The notes under the pieces were generated by a model. It did no database searches. It had not been told where the DNA came from and saw nothing but the letters and a program-made list of their open reading frames with translations. A program made the position numbers and the translations under genes. A DNA stretch of 63,771 nt, the filler included, from Lama guanicoe (Eukaryota): the NCBI GenBank assembly GCA_013239625.1. It is 161 parts of 161 records of this genome, joined end to end, with 100 filler letters (N's around TTAATTAATTAA, not from the genome) between each part and the next. Parts side by side here need not be neighbours in the genome. Positions count along the whole stretch, not along the records: positions 13,464 to 13,759 come from PNXV01054086.1; positions 13,860 to 14,155 come from PNXV01054087.1; positions 14,256 to 14,551 come from PNXV01054088.1; positions 14,652 to 14,947 come from PNXV01054089.1; positions 15,048 to 15,343 come from PNXV01054090.1; positions 15,444 to 15,737 come from PNXV01054091.1; positions 15,838 to 16,133 come from PNXV01054092.1; positions 16,234 to 16,529 come from PNXV01054093.1; 153 more parts are not named here. One strand, given 5' to 3'. Every line of letters begins with the position of its first letter. Position 1 is the stretch's first letter. Of this stretch, positions 13,464-24,059 are shown in pieces.

Positions 13464-13689
13464 CATTTACCGCCTCTTTTACAAAATAGGCCTAGCTGCA
13501 AGATGGCATTGTAATTTAATGACTCATTCTTTGTCCAGAATTCTTGGTCCTCTAGTTTGTATTGGGGCCATACAGTATTACGAAAGAAAATTAATTCCTT
13601 TTTCTTCAAGCTATTCTTTTTAAACTTTTTCCAATTTACTAATATGCATCCTGCGGGGAGTCCTTTGGGATACTTGTCGTTGTTCCCAT
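13464..13689 (-). pseudogene. gag: Class I ERV gag matrix region, frameshifted
   Basis: MGTTTSIPKDSP[1-nt frameshift]GCILVNWKKFKKNSLKKKELIFFRNTVWPQYKLEDQEFWTKNESLNYNAILQLGLFCKRGGK matches the ERV1 gag MA pattern PLGCILxxW...LIFFCNTAWPQY...LNYNTILQLDLFC, with an N-terminal MG. Confidence 0.85.
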
Positions 13690-13859
13690 TCTGGGTAGGA
13701 TGTCCTATCTGTGATCCTGAGGTGGCTCCTTTAGACTAGTTAAGGAAAGGAGCAAGGGCNNNNNNNNNNNNNNNNNNNNNNNNNNNNNNNNNNNNNNNNN
13801 NNNTTAATTAATTAANNNNNNNNNNNNNNNNNNNNNNNNNNNNNNNNNNNNNNNNNNNN

Positions 13860-14155
13860 CGGACGCCCGCCGGGGCCCGCGTTCTGTGGGCCGTGGCCGA
13901 ACCCCCACGAGCGGCGTTGGACGAGGATCTGGTCAGCCCTCACGACAGCCTGCAGAAGTGGGGGTCCGACGGGCCGCGGCGCGGCTCTGGCGGTGGCCCG
14001 GCCTCCGCGCCGGAGGCGGCCTTCTCGGCAGCCGGACCCTCCTGCGAGGGCCCCTCCTCCCCCCGCGACCGGAGCGGAGACGCCGCTGAGGCGTCAGACT
14101 CGCCCCCTGACGTGAGCTGCGGGAGGCGGCGGCGTCCCCGACGCCGACGGCGCGC
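13860..14155. other. CpG-island fragment, possibly coding (gene not identified)
   Basis: Very GC- and CpG-rich. The minus frame reads ARRRRRGRRRLPQLTSGGES...DPHFCRLS-stop, and a plus frame is also open. Confidence 0.45.
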
Positions 14156-14767
14156 NNNNNNNNNNNNNNNNNNNNNNNNNNNNNNNNNNNNNNNNNNNNT
14201 TAATTAATTAANNNNNNNNNNNNNNNNNNNNNNNNNNNNNNNNNNNNNNNNNNNNCAGTGGGAGCTGTATCGTGACTGTGAGCCCCTAAGACTCCTGGGA
14301 CCAGGGCCACCTACGGGGACCAGGCAAGTCCTGACCATCTGGGTCATGGGTGGGCATGAGCAGTAGCTCTCTGTCCTCAAGTAGAGGAGGTTGATATGAA
14401 GTCAGGACCCCCTGGTCTTGTAGCCCCCATGGAGCTGCCTGGGGAAGTGGCATTAACACCCATAAGCCCAAGTCTTGCTTCAATGTCTTTATACCAGCAA
14501 CACCCACCTCTGCCTCGTGGGGCGATGCCTATGAAGAGTGTTGCAGAGGAANNNNNNNNNNNNNNNNNNNNNNNNNNNNNNNNNNNNNNNNNNNNTTAAT
14601 TAATTAANNNNNNNNNNNNNNNNNNNNNNNNNNNNNNNNNNNNNNNNNNNNCACATCCAGTTTTGTTTTCAATAAGAACCATAGGTACAGGCCAGAACTC
14701 CTCCCTGTATGAAATAATTTACACACAGATGAATGCCCTAATATCACTCCCTAAAATAATCACTAAA

Positions 14768-14889
14768 GGGGAGGGGAGAGCTCAGTGGTAGAGTGCCTGC
14801 CTAGCAGGCACAAGGCCCTGGGTTCAAGCCCCAGCACCTCCATTAAAAAATAAATAAATAAACCTGATTACCTTCCCCATCCCCAAATA
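14768..14889 (+). mobile_element. Vic-1-type camelid tRNA-derived SINE with target-site duplication
   Basis: A box (agctcagtgg), B box (ggttcaagccc), tail aaataaataaacctgattacc. TSD aaaataatcact(a/g)aa at 14753-14767 and 14890-14904. Confidence 0.85.
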
Positions 14890-15204
14890 AAAATAATCAC
14901 TGAATACGATTCTCTTCCAGAAATAAACAAGCAAAGGGTTTTTTTTTNNNNNNNNNNNNNNNNNNNNNNNNNNNNNNNNNNNNNNNNNNNNTTAATTAAT
15001 TAANNNNNNNNNNNNNNNNNNNNNNNNNNNNNNNNNNNNNNNNNNNNCAGTGAAAAATAATTAACAAATTTGAACCTATTCTTTGATTTTACTTTTCTTC
15101 TAAAGATTAACTGTTTTCCTCCATATTCTTGTTGTGAGAGCTTTAAGAATTCTACAGAGAAGTTTAAAATACAGCACAATAAACATCTATTTACTCTTTA
15201 ACTA

Positions 15205-15343
15205 GCTTGGGGTGGCAAATTATGGCCCAGGAGCCAAATCTGGTCTGCCTTATGCTATTGTATTGCCCATCAACTAAGAATGAACACAAATTTAAAAAAA
15301 AATACAATTTCTTGACATGTGAAAGTGATATGAAATTCAAATT
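15205..15343 (+). mobile_element. MER58-like hAT-Charlie DNA transposon fragment
   Basis: Start ggggtggcaaattatggccc...gccaaatctggtctgcc resembles the MER58 terminus. Confidence 0.65.
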
Positions 15344-15709
15344 NNNNNNNNNNNNNNNNNNNNNNNNNNNNNNNNNNNNNNNNNNNNTTAATTAATTAAN
15401 NNNNNNNNNNNNNNNNNNNNNNNNNNNNNNNNNNNNNNNNNNNTGAGACGTATCCTGGCAGTAGGGAGAGATTCTCAATATGGGCAGGTCACATGACCAA
15501 CATGGTCAGAAGGGGTGTCCTGCTGGTTACTCCGTTTCCAAGGGGAGATGCAGAGTCTTCACTATCTTCATCCTATAAAGCAAGTCACAAACTCTTGTAG
15601 CCCAGACATTTCCTCGAGAGATAATGAAGGGTTGTATCAACCTGTACTGTCTGCCCAAGACTACATCTGCAATACCTCCAGTGGGGAAATGGCAGGTTTA
15701 GGAGAAGCC

Positions 15710-15737
15710 TGTGTGTGTGTGTGTGTGTGTGTGTGTG
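15710..15737 (+). repeat. (TG)14 microsatellite truncated at the contig end
   Basis: Read directly from the sequence. Confidence 0.95.
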
Positions 15738-16233
15738 NNNNNNNNNNNNNNNNNNNNNNNNNNNNNNNNNNNNNNNNNNNNTTAATTAATTAANNNNNNN
15801 NNNNNNNNNNNNNNNNNNNNNNNNNNNNNNNNNNNNNTCTATTTTTAGTTTTTTGAGGAATCTACATACTGTTTTCCATAATGGCTTAAACCCGACCTTG
15901 AATTTGGTGGCTAGCTTTTCCGTCTTCTTTAATTGTCTATATTACATGTATACAGCGGTATCCATAAACAATATATTATTTTGTGCTATCTGTGTTACAG
16001 GTATCCTTTCATAGCTTGCTTTTTTCAATCAATAGTATTTTGAAATCTCTCTGATACATGTAACTCTCATTCATTCCTTTTAGCTGCTGTTTGGTGTTCT
16101 GTCCTATGTATATGCCACCATCCTATGTATATGNNNNNNNNNNNNNNNNNNNNNNNNNNNNNNNNNNNNNNNNNNNNTTAATTAATTAANNNNNNNNNNN
16201 NNNNNNNNNNNNNNNNNNNNNNNNNNNNNNNNN

Positions 16234-16340
16234 TTGGATGAGGTCGTGGGAGTGGAGCCCCTCTGATGGGTTAGGTGCCCTTATAAGGGGATGAAGTGGG
16301 CAGAGCTCCCTCTCCCTGCCTTGTGAGGACGTAATGAGAT
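16234..16340 (+). mobile_element. MLT1-type MaLR LTR fragment
   Basis: gatgaggtcgtgggagtggagccc...gatgggttaggtgcccttataag...tgtgaggac is typical of MLT1. Confidence 0.7.
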
Positions 16341-17421
16341 TCTGTTAGATGACCTCTGTAAACACTGTTCTTGGCTTTCAGGCTACTACATCTTCCCCCA
16401 AACATGACTTTGCTGCCAAAATTAAGTAATTGAGAGAGCCCGCATGGCAGGAGACACTTTGTAAGAACTTAAATAGAAGTCAGCTACATCTTTTCTGAAG
16501 GACAGTTTGGCGGTGGAGGGGGACCCAAANNNNNNNNNNNNNNNNNNNNNNNNNNNNNNNNNNNNNNNNNNNNTTAATTAATTAANNNNNNNNNNNNNNN
16601 NNNNNNNNNNNNNNNNNNNNNNNNNNNNNAGTAAAAATAAGTACCTTTGGGATCAGGCAAATTGTCAAAAGCAGAGGCAATCAGGCTTTGGAGAAACGCA
16701 CCTCCACACTGGGATTATTTAAACAAAAGTACCATCGACTGCAGTTAAGACACTACGGTCACTCTCCCCAGACAGCCCGCTCCCGCTCCTCCCCCAGCAT
16801 GGACCGTCCTCCCAGGCCGTCCACCCCGCTCAGGACTGAGGAGGGTTTCCTCCGTGAGCGGTGTCTGCCAGCTCCTAGGCTCCCGGCCTCCAACACTCAT
16901 CCCACCACTGCCAGAGCCCACGTGANNNNNNNNNNNNNNNNNNNNNNNNNNNNNNNNNNNNNNNNNNNNTTAATTAATTAANNNNNNNNNNNNNNNNNNN
17001 NNNNNNNNNNNNNNNNNNNNNNNNNGGATTTTGATGATTGGTCCTTTTGTGTTGAACGGTGATTAAAGTGACTGTGGACACAGCTCTGGAACCTTCCTCT
17101 GAACGTCTTTATCCAGAAGAGGTGATGGTCACCCTGCACTTGGTATGAAATGCACGCCACCTTCCTTTTCGTGTGTCCCCCAATCCTTCAGCTGTGCCAA
17201 GTTTTAATTAACGTGCATCAGTAGTGTGAAAACTTGAGCCTCTATGATTACATCTCTAGTAGCCACATTTCAGTCTTTACTGACAGTATAATCAGATCCC
17301 AGCTCCTGGGATCAAGGTCAGNNNNNNNNNNNNNNNNNNNNNNNNNNNNNNNNNNNNNNNNNNNNTTAATTAATTAANNNNNNNNNNNNNNNNNNNNNNN
17401 NNNNNNNNNNNNNNNNNNNNN

Positions 17422-17717
17422 TGGACACTTCAACAATGTGAGTTCTCCCAATCCATGAACAGGGGTGTCATTTCATGTATCTGTGCCTCCTCTAATTTCT
17501 CCCATTAATGGTTTGCAGTTTTCAGCAGACAAGTCTTTCACCTCCTTGGCTAGTTCCTAAGTATTTTATTATTTTTGATGATATTGTCAATGAGATTGTT
17601 TCATTAATTTCCCTTTCAGATGACTCATATTAGTGTCTAGAAATGGAACAGATTTTTGTGTCCTGCAACTTTATGGAATTCATTTATTAATTCTAACAGG
17701 GTTGGGGTTTTTTTTTT
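17422..17717 (-). mobile_element. LINE-1 ORF2 fragment
   Basis: aatccatgaacaggg...tctttcacctccttgg..ttcctaagtattttatt. Confidence 0.85.
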
Positions 17718-17817
17718 NNNNNNNNNNNNNNNNNNNNNNNNNNNNNNNNNNNNNNNNNNNNTTAATTAATTAANNNNNNNNNNNNNNNNNNNNNNNNNNN
17801 NNNNNNNNNNNNNNNNN

Positions 17818-18113
17818 ACTGTTCCTTTGTGCTAGTTGAGTGAAAGTCTCTCCACATGCTAATTTCAAGAAAAAGTTGTGTGTGTAAGACTTCCTGAAAC
17901 TAGCGATTTGGGAACACAAATTGTTTTTTCATTAGGAATATACAATACTTATATATATGGAGAGGTGCTAGCTCCAACTCTGTTTTTCATTGAATAATGC
18001 AGGAATATCAAAACGAACCAGGAAACAGATTTAGAAATGAGAATATTTGTATCAGTTTTAAACGGCTCCCTTGGTGCTAGATGAAAGAAAGTCTCTCCAC
18101 ATGCTAATTTCTG
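17818..18113 (+). repeat. AT-rich satellite (family A), internal period 245 bp
   Basis: gaaagtctctccacatgctaattt occurs at 17842 and again at 18087. Confidence 0.8.
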
Positions 18114-18354
18114 NNNNNNNNNNNNNNNNNNNNNNNNNNNNNNNNNNNNNNNNNNNNTTAATTAATTAANNNNNNNNNNNNNNNNNNNNNNNNNNNNNNN
18201 NNNNNNNNNNNNNTGGGGAAAAGAACTGTACAGTCAAAAAGAATTTTATTGATAAATTCAATACTGTGAATATTTTTGCTTAAGTCGTCTTTTTAACTTG
18301 TGAATTTTTTAAAATGCCATACTGTCTAGACAGGGCCAATAGAAACAGAATGGT

Positions 18355-18457
18355 GCGCTCCCCTCCCCAGCACGAAGACTAAAATTACAACGATTCAGAG
18401 ATTAGCATGACCCCCTCACAAGGATGACACACAAATTCCTGAAGCCTTCCATATTTT
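18355..18457 (+). pseudogene. RNU6: U6 snRNA retropseudogene (full length, diverged)
   Basis: Aligns end to end with U6: cagcac...actaaaatt..aacgat.cagag, attagcatg.cccc, caaggatgacac.caaattc.tgaagc.ttccatatttt. Confidence 0.9.
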
Positions 18458-18509
18458 GTGAAGTAAGTCAGACAGAGAAAGACAAACATCATATGATATC
18501 ATTTATATG
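18458..18509 (+). mobile_element. LINE-1 3' segment fused directly to the U6 copy
   Basis: gtgaagtaagtcagacagagaaagacaaacatcatatgatatc is the L1 ORF2-end motif (SEVSQTEKDK). Confidence 0.85.
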
Positions 18510-19401
18510 NNNNNNNNNNNNNNNNNNNNNNNNNNNNNNNNNNNNNNNNNNNNTTAATTAATTAANNNNNNNNNNNNNNNNNNNNNNNNNNNNNNNNNNN
18601 NNNNNNNNNTCTTGAACATTGGGATCCTTCAGGGTAAATGTTGCTAAACTTCTGATCATGATGTTTAGCAGGGACTTGAAACTGGTGCACATCACAATTA
18701 TCTACACACCTTTAACAAGATACAGCCTCTAGACAGGGCCACAGACCAGACCCACACAGTCAGCTTCTGCCAGAGGGACCTGCATGTGTGCATTTTCAAT
18801 AAGTTTCTTAAGTATTTCTGAAGTTCAGGATGGTTTGAAAGCTTTCATGCCTTCCTTTGTCATGACCTCAGGGGCAAGGAATTCTGACCATGTGCTCTGC
18901 TTTTGNNNNNNNNNNNNNNNNNNNNNNNNNNNNNNNNNNNNNNNNNNNNTTAATTAATTAANNNNNNNNNNNNNNNNNNNNNNNNNNNNNNNNNNNNNNN
19001 NNNNNGCCTCTGCCTCTTTGTGGGTTATTTAATGAGCACTTCATTTTCCGTGAATGAAATGATGAATCACACCAAACAGTTCCTTTAGGTTTCAAGTATG
19101 GGCTGGCGTTAAGGATTTAAGATTGGAACACAGATTGTTCACTCACTCCGCACTTACCAGTACTTCCTCATTCCTCAAGTAGTCTTTACCTTCTCATTGA
19201 AATTAGCTGATGGCCTCACTTGAGACAAAGAGGAGACTATGAGTCAGAGCAGAAGTTTCACAGCATGAGGAAGGGCAACATTGAGACTCATGCATGAGGA
19301 ANNNNNNNNNNNNNNNNNNNNNNNNNNNNNNNNNNNNNNNNNNNNTTAATTAATTAANNNNNNNNNNNNNNNNNNNNNNNNNNNNNNNNNNNNNNNNNNN
19401 N

Positions 19402-19697
19402 CAATTTTCAGGATGCAGATCCTATATACGTATTGTTATATTTATATCAAACTATGTCATTTTCTTTGCAGCAAATTAAATCATATTGTGTTTAATTTCA
19501 GATTTCACATGTTTGTTGTTAGTATATAGAAACACTGTTGATTTTGCATCATCTGGCCTACCTAAACTCATGTCCTAGTTCTAGGAGTTTTTGTAGATTC
19601 ATTAGGATTTATTTTCTTTGTAAGAAATCAGGCCATCTTCAAATAGGGACAATTTTATTTCTCTGTTTCCAAACTGTATGCCATATATATATATATA
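19402..19697 (-). mobile_element. Old LINE-1 ORF2 fragment
   Basis: ttgttagtatatagaaacactgttgatttt...tagttctaggagtttttgtagattc. Confidence 0.75.
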
Positions 19698-20590
19698 NNN
19701 NNNNNNNNNNNNNNNNNNNNNNNNNNNNNNNNNNNNNNNNNTTAATTAATTAANNNNNNNNNNNNNNNNNNNNNNNNNNNNNNNNNNNNNNNNNNNNCCT
19801 CCACATATTCTGGTTAACATCCCAAACTTAAAGAATCACATAGGACTGGAACTTGAGAAGCTATGTTTTTTAAAAGCCCACTTAGTAGTTATATATTGCT
19901 AGATAAAAAGTTATCACAAAACTTGCAGCTAAAACAACAAACATTCATTATCTCAGAGTTTCTATGGGTCAAGAATTGGAACATTGGAGCAGGCCTTTAG
20001 CTTCAAAGTCTCTCACAAGGATGTAATCAGGATGTTGGCCAGGACTGGAGTTTCATGTGATAACTGTGATCAAACACTGTAGAAAATGTTTTTNNNNNNN
20101 NNNNNNNNNNNNNNNNNNNNNNNNNNNNNNNNNNNNNTTAATTAATTAANNNNNNNNNNNNNNNNNNNNNNNNNNNNNNNNNNNNNNNNNNNNCCTAGTG
20201 GTTCCTTCCCTTCCTGGTCTACTGTGTGCTCCCAGGGGTGTTCTAGAAACACTAATCCGCTGGCTCACAAATGTCAATGTGTATCAGAATGATCTGAGGA
20301 AAGGAATGCTGGTGGTTTGAATTTAGTGCAGCTGAAGTGATCCGTGGAACTTGCTTTTGGAAACACTGGATCTTGAAAAGAGTTTCATGGGGGGCCAAAA
20401 TTTTAAAGAGGCTCCTTAGTCAAATGTTTGAGCTAAAAGAGCGCTAAGTAAATTACTTTATTGCAGATTTTCTCAGTGTCTTTATTGGTCNNNNNNNNNN
20501 NNNNNNNNNNNNNNNNNNNNNNNNNNNNNNNNNNTTAATTAATTAANNNNNNNNNNNNNNNNNNNNNNNNNNNNNNNNNNNNNNNNNNNN

Positions 20591-20682
20591 TGCCTCATTT
20601 AATCTTTGCAAGAAGACTAAGTCTCCCCATTTTGCAGATGAGGGAAGTGGGAAAGAAAGCTTAAGTAACTCACCCAAAGCCA
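20591..20682 (-). mobile_element. MIR SINE fragment
   Basis: MIR core ccccattttgcagatgaggg...taagtaactcacccaaag. Confidence 0.7.
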
Positions 20683-20694
20683 AAAGTTTCCTGG

Positions 20695-20887
20695 GGAAAT
20701 GGAGTGGGACCCTATGGGGTCTTCCCAGTTCAGACCCTGTCCCCTCACCCCCATGTCCTCCACCTGCTACTTGTCTGCAGAAAAACTGCAGTCAAAGAGT
20801 AAGTTTAATGAGAGAAATGAGAAGATGCAGAAACAAAAGGAAATAGTCAAGCAAAACAAAATTGTAAGAGTTTAGTCATTAAACAAA
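20695..20887 (+). mobile_element. ERV1-type LTR 5' part
   Basis: gggaccctatggggt resembles the LTR start at 28130; gagaaatgagaagatgcagaaacaaaagg resembles the motif in 11880-12175. Confidence 0.55.
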
Positions 20888-21429
20888 NNNNNNNNNNNNN
20901 NNNNNNNNNNNNNNNNNNNNNNNNNNNNNNNTTAATTAATTAANNNNNNNNNNNNNNNNNNNNNNNNNNNNNNNNNNNNNNNNNNNNCAAACAGTATTCC
21001 TCTTATAGTCTTAATTATAAAAGTATATAGCGTAAAGCACAGATCTAACAAGTAATTTGCTCAAAATCCTTAGATGGCTCCTATCATCTTTTTAGATACA
21101 CTGAAAGATATGACAGATTGTCTTTCAATAAATACTTGTAGCTGACTACAGTAAGTGAGAATCTGCAGTGGGGAAGGGGTTGCCTGCTCTGTGACAGGTC
21201 ACATCCTCTGTTGAGAATCTCTGGTCTGCCAGGTCGTTCTCAGACCCCTTCCCAGAGCTGTCCTGACTGATGTCACCTGGCCCGNNNNNNNNNNNNNNNN
21301 NNNNNNNNNNNNNNNNNNNNNNNNNNNNTTAATTAATTAANNNNNNNNNNNNNNNNNNNNNNNNNNNNNNNNNNNNNNNNNNNNCTCCAAGTCCACGGCC
21401 AGTTGTGAGCTCCATGGAGGGTGGAAACA

Positions 21430-21598
21430 GACCCTGGTCCCAGCTTGCTCTGTGTCACTTACTAGCCACGTGATCTGGAAAATGTCTTCGGTTTTCCTCA
21501 ACTCTAACATGCGGATCTCGGTGCTCTGCAGGGATAGATCAGGCACACAAGGGCTTGACCCGGGGCGGGGAACTCAGTAAATGGATGCCGCCATTACT
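21430..21598 (+). mobile_element. MIR SINE fragment
   Basis: tcacttactagccacgtgatctgg...ctcggttttcctca...actcagtaaatg. Confidence 0.6.
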
Positions 21599-22178
21599 GT
21601 GTGTGTGATTGCATGTGCACATTTGTGTGCCGGAATGTTTGCCCTTGTGCATGAGCGTATGTGTGCGTGTTGGTGTGTGTANNNNNNNNNNNNNNNNNNN
21701 NNNNNNNNNNNNNNNNNNNNNNNNNTTAATTAATTAANNNNNNNNNNNNNNNNNNNNNNNNNNNNNNNNNNNNNNNNNNNNAGTAAGCCTCCTTACTCAT
21801 CCAAGACCTAGGAACCTATCTGATTTCTGAACAGGGCTTCACTCTTGTCTGCTGCCTGGTACTCTCTGCCCGGCTTACCGAGTCCCGGCTTGGGCAGCCT
21901 GCACGCTGGCCACAGCCCATCAGAATCTTTTCCCCCACCAAGAAGCCACGAGTGATCGTGAGCAGGACTCCAGGCCTCTGGAGCATCATGGCTTGGACTG
22001 CGTCCTGGCCCTGGGCTAGCGAGCTCCAAGCCCTTGGTTGAGTCAGTTAACATCTCTAAGCTAAGTTTCCTCATCAGTNNNNNNNNNNNNNNNNNNNNNN
22101 NNNNNNNNNNNNNNNNNNNNNNTTAATTAATTAANNNNNNNNNNNNNNNNNNNNNNNNNNNNNNNNNNNNNNNNNNNN

Positions 22179-22472
22179 TGAAGAGAGCTGCGTGGAGTTG
22201 TCTATCGAGCTCCCCCACTCAATGACATTTTTTCCGGTATCCTGAGCGTGGAGAGGTTTGACCAACGGTGGGCAGCGCGTGAGTTCTAACGGAATGCCTG
22301 TGGTCGTCTCCACTGAGGGTTTTCCTCATGTCTCTGTGCCAGGGAATGTTAGGGGGAGTTACAGGAAATCCCAGTGACAGAGGCTGTCTCACCAAGGTCA
22401 GCGAAGTTATTTCTCGGACTTCAACGTGCAGGGAACACCTGTGAATGAAGAGAGCTGCGTGGAGTTGTCTCT
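22179..22472 (+). repeat. Satellite monomer with a 267-bp period (family B)
   Basis: tgaagagagctgcgtggagttgtct occurs at 22179 and 22446. Confidence 0.8.
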
Positions 22473-22969
22473 NNNNNNNNNNNNNNNNNNNNNNNNNNNN
22501 NNNNNNNNNNNNNNNNTTAATTAATTAANNNNNNNNNNNNNNNNNNNNNNNNNNNNNNNNNNNNNNNNNNNNGGCTAAAGAGGGCCACCGAGGGAGGAGG
22601 CCGAGGACAAGGAGCCAGGGCAGTCGTCCGACTGCAGCCACGGCAAAGACCGGATTGCCTGGGGAGGAGGGCAGCGTCTGCCTGCGGACGTCCAGAGGAG
22701 GGTGGATGGAGAAAGGAGAAAACAGGGCCAAGTCGTTGGGGGAGATGGGCTCCGGGAAGTGAGGGGGCTCGGGGCTTGACCCGAAGCAGGGAACGTGGAA
22801 ACGAATATGTGAATATATGTACGTATGTGTATGACTGACACACTATGCGGCACACCAGAAATGGACACANNNNNNNNNNNNNNNNNNNNNNNNNNNNNNN
22901 NNNNNNNNNNNNNTTAATTAATTAANNNNNNNNNNNNNNNNNNNNNNNNNNNNNNNNNNNNNNNNNNNN

Positions 22970-23265
22970 CAGAGAGTTAAATGTTTGGTTTCTGGATGAC
23001 CCAGCAATTCTGCTCTCTGGGCACACACATAAGAGAACTGAAAAGAAATGTCCACATAAAAACTCCTACAGGAATATTCACGGCGCCATTATTCATTACA
23101 GCCAAAAAGCAGAAACAAAAAAAATGCCTATCACCTGATGAATGGGTAAACAGTGGGTCCCAGCCATACAGTGGAATATAATTCAGCAATGGCAAAGCAT
23201 AGAGTACTGACCCAGGCCGCAACGTGGACAAAAATTGAAAACGTTACTCAGTGTGAAAGAAGTCA
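22970..23265 (+). mobile_element. Old LINE-1 (L1MB-like) 3' fragment
   Basis: gacccagcaattc...aagagaactgaaaa..atgtccacataaaaact...gatgaatgggtaaac. Confidence 0.85.
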
Positions 23266-23762
23266 NNNNNNNNNNNNNNNNNNNNNNNNNNNNNNNNNNN
23301 NNNNNNNNNTTAATTAATTAANNNNNNNNNNNNNNNNNNNNNNNNNNNNNNNNNNNNNNNNNNNNAAGAGGTCTGTGTTCTTAGAAGGAAAGAAGAGTTT
23401 TATAAACACTGGCACGCAAAAATGCAAACATAATTGCTTCTCTGTGCACTGAAGCTAGAGGGGAAAAAAAAGAGTATTTTTTAAAATTGATTTTCTTATC
23501 TTTTGTCAACAATCTTGATCAAATTATATTTGTGTTAGAATTGTCATCAAAATAAGGAAACCTCGCAACAGTAGTTTGTCCTTTCCAGACAGAACATAGC
23601 ACAATTACTCTCAAAGGTCATAGGAATTAGGGTCGTGGGACAAGAAGGTTGGGCTCAACCTTNNNNNNNNNNNNNNNNNNNNNNNNNNNNNNNNNNNNNN
23701 NNNNNNTTAATTAATTAANNNNNNNNNNNNNNNNNNNNNNNNNNNNNNNNNNNNNNNNNNNN

Positions 23763-24059
23763 TAGGTCGGTAGAATTTAGGGATTGTTCCGAAGGCCGGA
23801 CAGCCTGCGCCTGGCGGCCCACTTCCGCTATCCGCGCTGGCGGAATGCTGTGATTAACATTCAGCTGCGAGCCTCGCTGGGAGACGCACGATGCGTCGTC
23901 CTCGCCGCCAGCCCAGCAGCTGCCTCCAAATCTTCAAAGGGAGGCTCTGAGCACCCGGTCTCATGTCACTTCCCGGTTCGTAAGCCCTCAGATCGTAGGC
24001 AGACTCTTGTGCGTCTGTGCTCTGGCCTTTCTTCCAGAGGGAAGTTCACAGCTTTAATC
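23763..24059 (+). promoter_or_regulatory. Probable CpG promoter/first exon of an unidentified gene
   Basis: CpG-rich; ETS-like cacttccg at 23820, NRF1-like gcctgcgc at 23803, possible donor ttc|gtaagc near 23980. Confidence 0.5.

Noticed and set aside
14768..14840. tRNA gene
   Set aside because: The tRNA-like head is followed by a SINE tail and flanked by a TSD.
18355..18457. Functional U6 snRNA gene
   Set aside because: Multiple substitutions, a deletion beside the ACAGAGA box, no recognisable PSE/TATA upstream, and fusion to L1.
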